Positions 53,864-64,000 of a stretch of DNA of 64,000 bases are shown piece by piece. This DNA comes from Lama glama. Taxonomy: Eukaryota. The notes beneath the pieces are model-generated. The model was given only the letters and a program-made list of their open reading frames with translations. It did no database searches and was not told where the DNA came from. The translations under genes and the position numbers were made by a program. The stretch covers positions 104,472,001 through 104,536,000 of the forward strand of contig CM052817.1 in assembly GCA_028534125.1 (NCBI GenBank), given 5' to 3'. Within the stretch, counting starts at the first letter, position 1. Every line of letters begins with the position of its first letter.

Positions 53864-54667
53864 TAAAGTGCAAGGCTGTGATCATTTTGGCTCAGAGTTG
53901 TACCTGGGCTGTGCAGACCCCATGGGCACCGTGGATGCTCACTGAAGAGAAATGGGCTTCTGGAGGGACTCCGTGGGTGGCAGTGGAGAATCCCAGAGTC
54001 CCAGGCGAGGGCTCGAATCCATGAGGAAGAGGAGATGGGCCATCCCATCCTGTAAGATGTAGCCCCACCATTCTTCCTGCTTTCTTTTTGAAGTCACAGC
54101 CGATGGTTAAGCATCCCCTGGACACAGCGCTGTAGGTTTCCCCACTGGCTCCACGTGGCTGAAGCAGTAACACTGATGCCACGACCAGAGTGTGCCTTAC
54201 AATATTTTCACCATAATCTTGAAGAGAAAACAGACAACCCAGTATTGTTTAAATATCTTTAAAGTAACTTTGTTTAAATGCACCTATTAATTCTTTCAGT
54301 AATTTATGTTCCTACATGACAACAGGTTAATTTTAAGTGGGCTGTTTTTTGTTGAGGGGGAACCACCCCTCAACAAATGCCACCCTTGTGAAAATGTATT
54401 AGAAATTACAGCTCCTCTCCAAAGTATCTTTCTGGATTTTTCCCCTTTGGGAAAGTAATCCTCAAACTTCAGCATGCATAAAAATTGTTTGGAGTGCTTA
54501 TTAAGAATGCAGATACGGATCTAGACAGAGCCTAGGAATCCACCTTTTAACTGGTGCCATAGCAATTCCAAGGCATACGTACCCCAGAACTGCATAATAG
54601 CCCCTATAAAACAGGCGTTAGTCCATTTCTTTATTTGCCGCGCAAATCATCTTCATGTGCGATGTTT

Positions 54668-54683
54668 TAGCGCCCCCTAGTGG
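54668..54683 (-). promoter_or_regulatory. CTCF core motif
   Basis: The reverse complement CCACTAGGGGGCGCTA is a near-perfect consensus match. Confidence 0.6.
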
Positions 54684-56919
54684 ATGATTTCGTGCAGCAA
54701 ACTGTTTACATTACGAACACCTTGCTCAAAACCTTTAGGCAAGTCCAGTTTCTCGTGAGCTCCTTGAAAGGAAACAAAGGGCAGTCGGGAAAGATCTGTA
54801 AGAAAACTTGCTTAATGGTATGTCAGAGTCATATGTTTAGATATCCATTTAATATGAAATATGCATATTTTTCTTTTTCATTAAAGTATAGTCAGTTTAC
54901 AATCTGTCAATTTCTGGCATAATGAAATATACATACATTTTTTAGGGAGAAAGTTTTAATCCTGATAAAGTTGGCTGAATTTAGCGCATCTGTTTTACAC
55001 AAGTATTTTAGAAACCTTGGATTTACTAGCCACAATATTTGTAGACTGTTTAGACCCATAAGATAAATATTCTCACACACTAGTTTCCTAATAAACTCTT
55101 TCTAGCAAATCAATTCAATAACTTGGATCTTCCTGGCTGCTCTCTCCTGGGCATCTGTTAGTACCTGCTGGCCCTCCTGACACTTCTTCTTGCTGGCTTC
55201 TGAGATCAACAGCTCTTATCAAGATCCTGAAAGCTCTCAGTGTCTGTTTTGCACAGCGTGGCTTCCATCTCTCTGAAAACCTTTGTTTATTGAGGCTCAC
55301 ACTTCAAGAGTCACAAATTCAATTGCCCGCAAGCACCAAGCAGGCAACATAAATGAGCAGAGTCGGCAGGGTGTAAACCAAAGACAGTGATGAAGTTGGT
55401 TATATTGGAAGGAATTCGGAAGTAATTATAACTTTATAAAGCCCACTATGGACATAGTAAAACATCCGGGAACCATATGAAACTTTGTTTCATACACCAG
55501 TTAGGGATCCCTGAGGGCTTATAAGTGCGAACCATGTGTGGATATTATCTTGTACGGCAGCCGTGTACAAGGGACGATGTCAGTATCTCAGTTGTACCAA
55601 CCAGGAACCGAGGGCTCAGGAGGGAGGTTCTTTGCCGCAAGTCAGACAGAGAGATTCCTGCCCCAGGCACTACACCAGGGGGCCTGAGCCCAGAGTCTGC
55701 GTCCTGTCACATGACTCCAGGGTCTCTCTGAGCAGGAGGGGCTTCCAGTATGTTCCATGCGGCTGTCACAACATACGTCTCTCCTCACCCACCACCGCAG
55801 ACCCCCTCTCCCCCCAGATCTTCACAACATCTTCTGTTCTCCTGGCCCCTGATTCTATGAGTGTCTTTGCATTGGGCAGCTTCTCATCGGCTGGCTGAGA
55901 CCTCTCTCCCCCCAGCACTGAGCTGGCTGCTGTGCTTAGCCCGTCAGCACGAGATATTTTCACTGCCGTTGCTTTCAACACGTGCACCTGTTCCTCAAGC
56001 TTTAAAATGTTGCAGTCATGCTTGGATTTTTGTGATAAGTGGAATTTGCCTTCTTATAACACGTCTGCTCCTCTACTCAGCTGGACGGTTCCGGTACTAC
56101 TGTGAATACTGTAAAATGATGCGAGCTCTCTGGGTAGAGTCCTGTCAGTTGGTCTCAGTACGGTTTTGTGGAAAGCAGACGTGAAGAGTCACTGTGTGCA
56201 GAGGTGCAAGTGAATGACCTTTGAGGAGCGCGAGCCGTTTCTTTCCTTATCCATCCTCAGGCGGCCGCCTGGGCTTTGCCGTCACTGAGACAGAGCAGCA
56301 GGGCTGCCTCCTGGACCACGTTCCTCAGGAAAGACACCGTCACCTCCACACGCTCACATCAGCGCCACGGTTTATTTTGGAATGTTTGAGTCCCTTGAAC
56401 TTTCTGTTGGAAACTGTCACCCAGAACGGTGTCTCTTTGGGTGGCTTTACCATTTTGAGTTGAATTTCCAGACAGAAAGAATGAAAAGTTCCTGGGACAT
56501 GGAGTGCGACCTGTGGTATCTCCTCCAATCTGAACAATAAGGAAGTTACCTCTGTGCCGCCTTTAGGAGCGTCTACCCAGTGCACGCACAGAAATCCATC
56601 CCCCTGCCATTCTTTATATAAATAGTTGATAAAAACAGATCGTGTTTTTCTGCTATGAGATTCAGGATTCAGAAAAATCTATTTGTACTTGATGGGGAGG
56701 AGGCCCTAATTCTGCGAAATCACCAAACCCCAGCTCACCCTCCCCATCCTTCAGTGGTGGCACCAACATGAAGGCAGAAACCCCCAGAGTCTAACATGGC
56801 GGTGGTGCTGCAAGTTCCAAGTTATGACAACTGTTTATTGATTTCTTTCTAAGTGCCTAAGACTTGTTTCACTTATGTGCATTAGCTGACTTAAACTTGA
56901 CCCTATACTGTGGGTACTA

Positions 56920-57455
56920 CTTATTTTTAACTGAATCATAGTTGATTTATAACATTGTGTTAGTTTCTGGGGAACAGCATGGTGATTCAGTTGTACATTT
57001 ATATACATTTTTTTCAGATTCTTTTCCAATATAAATTATTACAAGATATTGAATATAGTTCCCTGTGCTCTACAATAGAAACTTATTTTATTTATTTTAT
57101 GTATATTTATTTTATATATATATTAGGTAGTATCTGCAGATCTCAAACTCCCAGTTTATCCCTTCCAACCTTCTTCCTTCCTGGTAACCATAAGTTTGTT
57201 TTCTATGTCTGTGAGTCTGTTTCTGTTTTATAAATAAGTTATTTGTGTCATATTTTAGATTCCACATATGAGCGATCTCATGGTATTTTTCTTTCTCTTT
57301 CTGGCTTACTTCACTTAGAATGACGTTCTCTAGGTCAATCCATGTTGCTTTAAGAGACATTATTTCATTCTCTTTTATGGCTGAGTAATATTCCATTGTG
57401 TGTGTGTGTGTGTGTGTGTGTAGCACATCTTCTTTACCCAGTCATCTGTCGATGA
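56920..57455 (-). mobile_element. L1 3' fragment with (TG)n
   Basis: L1 3'UTR. ORF 57112-57426 gives the L1 ORF2-end peptide MEYYSAIKENEIM...ILSEVSQKEK. Confidence 0.92.
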
Positions 57456-58040
57456 CAGAAAGTGCAGAAGCTCAATGGGGAGCTCACTGACTGGCGAGTA
57501 ATTAGAGCCAACAGGTGGCTGTGACTGGTGCGCCTTGAGCTCCTGTGTCCCAACCCTGAGGCATTTAGAGGCTTAGAATGTGGGCTGTCTTGGTGTCAGG
57601 GCACTGGAGCCACCACCGCCTGACGTCCTTCTTGGATTAATTTAACGCTAACAAGTCCCACACTGGTGGTGATGCTTCTGAGGGCCACTCTTTAAGAACC
57701 CCTGCCCCGGACGGCCAGGCCCCCTAGAAAGCTGGCCAGTATTACAGCTGCTGAACTTCCGCCGGGTTCCATCCTGTCCTCGAGCACAACTATCCTACTG
57801 GGCGTGGAGCTAACGGAATAAACTAGCCTTGCTGCTCCAAGTATTATTTTCACCCTTAATGCAGTAAAACCCCACCCTACGATATGCAGGGATCAGGGGA
57901 AAAACAAAGAGTTAAAATGAGCCCTTGCATTTAGGCTGAGTTGCTGAAATGACCAGGAAGGGCCTGCTGGAGGCTGGCGGGGATTCTCAGGTCCAGGGAC
58001 CCTGGAAAACCACATCATTGCCACCAGCTCAGCAGGCCCC

Positions 58041-58054
58041 GTGCCACCTGGTGG
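58041..58054 (-). promoter_or_regulatory. CTCF core motif
   Basis: The reverse complement is CCACCAGGTGGCAC. Confidence 0.45.
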
Positions 58055-61000
58055 GGGTCATTTGCTTTATCATTTTCCAGATTTGATGAAATTCTGGCTC
58101 GTCTAGCTGTTAGCAGCGTTGGAAAGTGCAGCGGGGCTGTGTCAAGGAAGAAAAAAAGATGGACTTGGTAAAGCAGCACCTCCTCCCTGTGTACTTAGAT
58201 GTTGTGCAAATAAACTGCCCGTATTCTTCCCTGGTACAGTTTTAAAAAGCATTCGCATTAGGCAGTGCTTTAATTTACATTTTAGGACAGAACCCAAATA
58301 CCAGTAATTTTAAATTAGAAAGCTTGCTCAGTTTCATCTCGCCAGAATGGTGTTTTTCACAGAAATGGTGAATTTCACAGAAACGATGTCTGCGTCAATT
58401 TAGACTCGAATTTGGGGGTCTTTTCAGAAAGACCTTGTTGTGTATTTCTGAGTGAATAACAGGGTTTCTGTTCACTTCCTTCTATAGTTGAGGGATTTGG
58501 ACAAGGGACCAAAGGCCGACGTCAGTAAAACAGGTGCCAGAGACCCAGCGATCCTGGGAAGGGTGAGCGAGGTCCGAGGCGCTAAGATTTGGGAAGCTGG
58601 TTTTGCAGCATTTGCGGGTGAAGGGAGTCTGCGAGCTGGGCAGGGCAGGGGGCTGGCGGGGAAAGAGGCCTCCCCGCCCGCCGTGCTGCTTCTGGGACCT
58701 TCCACCAGCTCCACTGAGACCGCCTGGAGAGACGTGTCCTCTTAAATCCGAGCACCAAGGGGGCTCCTCTTAATCCCACCCCTCCAGCCCCAACTGTGGT
58801 GTTTGTGTGTGGGGGGGCAGCGATCCAGGGGTGGACATGGGACACGTGGCCTGCGAGCATAAGTACACATTACTTTTATAAAGCTGGGCAGGGGAGCCCC
58901 GATGCTATGTGCATTTGTGCAGATGATTGCTTTTCTATCACAAAGTCTTTTGTGAACTGGTACTGAATTTCATTCAGCATCCCAAGGAATAAATTAGCAT
59001 TTGCCCTTTCAGGACAACTTGGTTACAGCGAGATTTCGATCCCTGCCTTGTTAACCCACCTCTTACTCTGGGGGCTTGCGAAGCGTATATTCACACTTTG
59101 TATATAAACCTGAAAACACAAAGATACGGATGAACATTTTATGAAGTCTGAAGAATTTCTGCTGGTGCCGGGTATCGTGTGCAGTAATGTGATCGTCCGG
59201 AAGAGGGCGCGGTGGTTCTGCGCTGACTCGAGTGCGAGCGGGTGAATTCCTGCGTGGTCCCTGCGAGGGTTTATAAAGGGAGGTGGCGGTCTGATATCCC
59301 CTTACGCTGCACTTCTCCTTAAAACGCTGCTGAGATGAGAAAGTGACAGCTTCGGGGCTTCTATTGTCTGGAACTAAAAGGACTCTTTACAGGTGATTTG
59401 GTTTATCCCCTGTCAGCCCCACCAGTGTTTTTCTATTTGAGGCTCGTTAATTCCAAAGAATGTTCCAGCCACTTCACCAAAATGCTCCTTAGATTGAAGA
59501 ATCTATAAACAAACCCAATTTTTAAGGGCTTTTTTTCCCCCAAAGCTAGCGTTACCAATGCAGGTGGGTTTAGTATGAACCTTTTGTCGCTGAGGGAACA
59601 TTTAGGAAATTTGAACATGTGAAGCTGCCCTCCTGCACCACCCTGGCCTTTTTATTTGGTCGTATCGAACACTGAGGTGACTCAAGAAATAGCTATTAAA
59701 GCAAAAGGTGCTGTTGCGAAATGGTAAGTTCTATTTCATAATCACACAGATTATTCAGATTATCATTACAATAAATCAGTAACAAAATGAAATTTTAAAA
59801 ATCAATCTTTTACATGTATGACGTGAGGTTTTCGTAAAAGCCAAAATGCACTGACTGAAATCTCACTACGATATTGATTAATTAAAAACAGATTCTAGAT
59901 TGAAGCATCTGGCCTTCCCCGCCCTTCATTACTAAAATTTCTGCATTATTTACTTAGAATAATACATAGTTTGATGAAAAAGCAAGTGCAGGATGAGGTA
60001 TGAATGGTTAACTAGCTCTAACAGGCCCTATAAGGGAAACTGTGATAACTGGCCAGTAAAAGCAGAGAACAGATGTGTTTGTAAAGAAAACATTTGTTTC
60101 TCTAAAATGTTGAAGAACCTTTCTGGAAGATGGTGATCAGACTTTAAATACTGTGCTCTCTTACAAATGAGGACCTTCATGGTGAGAGCAGAAGGGAAGT
60201 TCGGAAGTTTCGGTGATTACATCAGGAACTGCACTTGACAGTGAGGAGCAGAGTCCTGAGAAATTGTGGCTCAGTCATGGGGCTTTGCTTCCGACCAAAT
60301 GAGTGGCGTCCCCAGGTGAGTGGTGGCTGATGGGCTCGACTTTTCCTCAAGGTTGCAAGGTGACTGCTGGGACTCCTGCCATTAATTAGGAATTCCAGGT
60401 AGCAAAGAAGAGAACAGGAAGGAAAGGAGGAGGGGCAATCCCAGTAAATAGCCACTCACATCCTGTCGTGGGGATGCAGCCCCTGCCCATCCCTGCCAGG
60501 AAGGCTGGAAAGCGGCTTTAGCTGGTACAGTGCCAAGCCTCGTGGGCTTGGTGTGTTAGCGAAGGAGGAGAGGAGTGCACCCTCCTCCAAACCTCTCACC
60601 ACGCCTCTGCTGCTTACGGAGACGAGGCCGCTGGGTCCAGAGAGACTGAGCGGCTTCACTGTGACTCAGAGCTGGTGGCAGAGCCAGGACTTGAAGTGTG
60701 CTGTGTGCTGTGTGCTCTCTTGTCATCAAATGAGTCGTGTGCCGGGGGGGTGCACGTGTGGGGTGGGGTGGGAGGAGGGGGGTCTTCTGAAGCTCTAAGG
60801 ATTTTGCTTTAGCAAGACCGTAAGAATGTAAAGAATCAAGGATGACTGAAATAATTACTTGTGACTGAAGTAAGAGCATAGGGATGTGATTTTCCCTTAG
60901 AAATATGCCAAGAAAAATAGACACGAACCCTAACATGAGAATAAAGTGACAAATCCAGCTGTCAAGGCATCAAAACTTTGTTGGAGAGTCTATCTCTTCG

Positions 61001-61768
61001 AATAAATAATGGGCACGTTTCTGCATAGAATCCCTGACTTCCGATTATAAAGATCGCAGCCCTCACCCTTTCGCAGACTGCGGCGGCAGCCCTCAACTGC
61101 CAGCGGGGTGTGACTCAGGGACGGTGACTGGGACAGTGGCGGCAACAGAAAAGCGAGACTGCTCTGAAAAGGGGCTTCAGCTGATTTCCCTCCCATCGCC
61201 TGGAGGATAAAATGCGTCTTCTAGAGGAGCTGTGAACAGGTGTTGACTCTTCCCCCGATATCACTCAGCCATTCAAATTCTTGTTAAATTTGCACGTTCA
61301 TGAATGCAACACTGAATCGGGTTACGTTTGAGTCCAAGAAACTGTGCATCACTGTTTATAACCTAGGACCACAGAGGAGTGGTGGGCAGAAACCTGAGCG
61401 GAGATGTTTTCTGAAAGCTGTATGAAATTGAAACTGTCCCCTTCATGTTACAGACAAGGCAACTACAGGCTTGCAAACCTGAAATGACCTGATGAATTCA
61501 CTTGGAGAATAGGAAAATCTTTTTGTTTTCGTTTTAATATATTTTTAAGTAATTTTTAATATATATATTTTATATAACACCACAGGTTATGATTTTAGAT
61601 CTTTTCAAACATGAAGACGTACTTGAATATCGTGGTGTCACCTAAAATTGCAGCTCTTTAACTCTTTAACATCTTCCCTCCAGTCACCATCTATCTATGC
61701 CTGGGGTATGAATGCGAGCAGTTTCCCAGATGGAGATTCAGTTTTGTGTGGTTCCTTTGTGATTGCAG

Positions 61769-61916
61769 TGGGAGAAGCTGCAGATGACCACGAGCGAGAG
61801 GAGGAAGATATTCTGCTCTGTCACGTTCCACGTCATCGCCATCACCTGCGTGGTCTGGTCTTTGTACGTGCTGATAGATCGGACGGCGGAGGAAATCAAG
61901 CAAGGCAACGACAATG
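61769..61916 (+). CDS. MARCHF1: MARCHF1 exon encoding the linker and first transmembrane helix
   Basis: Acceptor ttgcag ends at 61768 and donor gtaaga starts at 61917; 148 nt. It encodes [49 protein letters not shown], and its phase 0 start matches the RING exon. Confidence 0.97.
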
Positions 61917-64000
61917 GTAAGAGCGTGTCTCCTCTCTCTCTCCCTTTTGCAGTCTGCAAGGGTGCCTCGAGATGGGCAGGGGGGCTTTTTCCTGGTGCAT
62001 GTAGGATGCACGAGCAAAACCTAGGGCTGGCGATGGAGTCTCCTCCAGTTTTGTTACTGATTAACACTCTGCTGTAAAACACTGAATATACGGGGACCCG
62101 TGCTGAGAAGCAAGATTTATCAAGTCCTTGAAAACACTAGCAGACAGATGTCACACAGCACTTCAGGCTTTAGTGGCATCTGTATGTTTTAAAGGGTATC
62201 CCATAGCCTTTAGGATAAGGATCAGGTTCTGCCTGATATGAAAAGGCAAACAGCTGTAAAAATGGAAGGTTTTCGTTTTATTGAATTCACCTTAGTCACG
62301 GCTTCCTTTGAAACATGAGTAAGACAGTGTAAGGAGAGAGCCTGCTGTAGCTTATTAACTAGGACTCTGTAACCTGACGGAGTGGATGAACGCTGCAGGT
62401 TGAAAGTTTTGCCATGCTAAGTTTGGTAGTGAAGGATGGTGTCGAGTCCGCAATGAAAGATGTTTTAAAATCATGAAGGCGTATTGTAGCATTTTAAATG
62501 GACAAGGCATTCAAGACAGAAGCAAAAGTAGCTTGTTTATCGTCACCGCTGAAGGTACCAGCTGTTTCTCATCAGGCCCTACCAGCCTCCGCGAACAGCC
62601 TCAACCACAGCTGGTGAACCGGTGAGGCACATTCCCCTGGCTTCTCCCTGGGGCGGGAGGGGGGGGTGTATATTATGTGTAAAACCACTGGTGTGTTTGG
62701 AGGGAGGAGTTGTTCAGATGGTAACAGTGTGTGTTTGCTCAACCCTCAAAAAAAGAAAATGAAAAAAAAAAAGATGAGAGGCAGTGAAGGAAAGAAGGGA
62801 GAGTCTTCAAAGGGAGGGGTTTGTTTCCTGTTTCTCCATCTGGATTCACAAAAGCAGTGGGGAGAGCACCCCATTGTTGTGCACCCCCACCGAAGCAGAA
62901 CCAAGAGGGGCTCAAAAGGACCAGGACTCCAGACCCAGTGGGATGTGGTTTATGTAGCTGGAGTGTGTGCGTGGCACAGAGTTTGGGGTGGGCGGTGGGT
63001 GATGGCGTTGCAGACCCCGCTGTCCTCTCCTGGAAGGGAACGAAAGCACTGTGGCTAGAAAACCAGGTGTGTGGGGGGGTTTAATTTTTGCATCAATATT
63101 AATTCATTTATGTACAATTTATACCAAACTATCTTGTTTACAACTATACTGTGCGTTGTTCCTGAGATGCTGGATTTTAAATGTCTGTCACGCCCCTACT
63201 AGACAAGTTCCTTCAGGAAAGAAACTTTTTTTTCCCTAAGCCCACATCCCCTAGAGTTACAGGTACTGGCTCAAGCCACATAACACAAAGTGCACCACAG
63301 ACACTGCGATCGTGTGTCTACGGCAGAACAGAGGCGTCCTGCCACCTCCCCCCTCCCCACACCCAGCCTGTCACCTGCGGACTCGTGTTTCCTTGCAGTC
63401 CAGAGCAGACCTGGTGGCCACACCGTCTGTCTCCATGTCCAGTCCAGCGTTCCGTGTCTAAGGATCATGAACTTGCCCCGGCGTAGGAGTGCCCTCTCCC
63501 GGTGGCCGCCCCGCCTGGATCAGGCTGTCCTAGTCTGCAGGGCCCCTCTGTTCCCTCTCCCGGCACAGGCGAGGGAAAAGAAGGTGAAGGCACCCCTCCC
63601 TCCCCAACAGAATCACAGGAAGCAACCTCACATGGTCCACGGGCAGGCGGTGCAGAACCTCTCTCTTATTTAGCCAATCCCACTTCTGACACGTGCGTGA
63701 ACAACACTCATTTATCCTACAGTGGACGTGACTGTCTCAGCTGCAGCCAAGTCTCTCCAGAACCCGAGAAACCCACAGCCCCAACTTCCTTCCACACCCT
63801 CCCCCCGACCCTGGTTCTACCAGGGCAAACGTATGTCTTCAGATGCCATTTCTGTGATGGCGAGCTGCCCCCCCACATTCACCTCCGGCTCCTCCTGCAC
63901 CCCAGTCGCGCCTCCACCTACCTCCGGAACCTTCCCACGTAGAGGTCTGTCAGGCACTCAAGCTCAGTGTCCAGTCCATAACCTACCATCACCTCCCACT

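Noticed and set aside
1..64000. Prokaryote-style systems (CRISPR, operons) or an intact autonomous retroelement
   Set aside because: The sequence is a spliced mammalian gene, and every mobile element seen is truncated or decayed.

Overview
This window is mammalian genomic DNA, probably from a camelid; that is inferred from the abundant Vic-1-like tRNA-derived SINEs and one family of young L1 3' fragments. The whole 64 kb lies inside one + strand gene, the membrane RING-CH E3 ubiquitin ligase MARCHF1 (MARCH1). Visible coding exons are 363-442 (extendable to an ATG at 252 as an alternative first coding exon), a 765-nt frame-preserving cassette exon at 723-1487, the RING-CH exon at 24831-25011 and the first transmembrane exon at 61769-61916. 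The gene starts before the window and ends after it. The rest is intron filled with L1, L2, MIR, SINE, solo LTR and DNA-transposon relics, plus a 500-N assembly gap. I found no convincing novel multi-gene system. The most interesting items are the Arg-rich cassette exon that supplies its own first RING cysteine, an internal ETS/PU.1-rich promoter candidate, the extreme GC3 of the RING exon, strong CTCF motifs and a twin-primed L1. Gene and repeat family names come from recognition, not from database searches.
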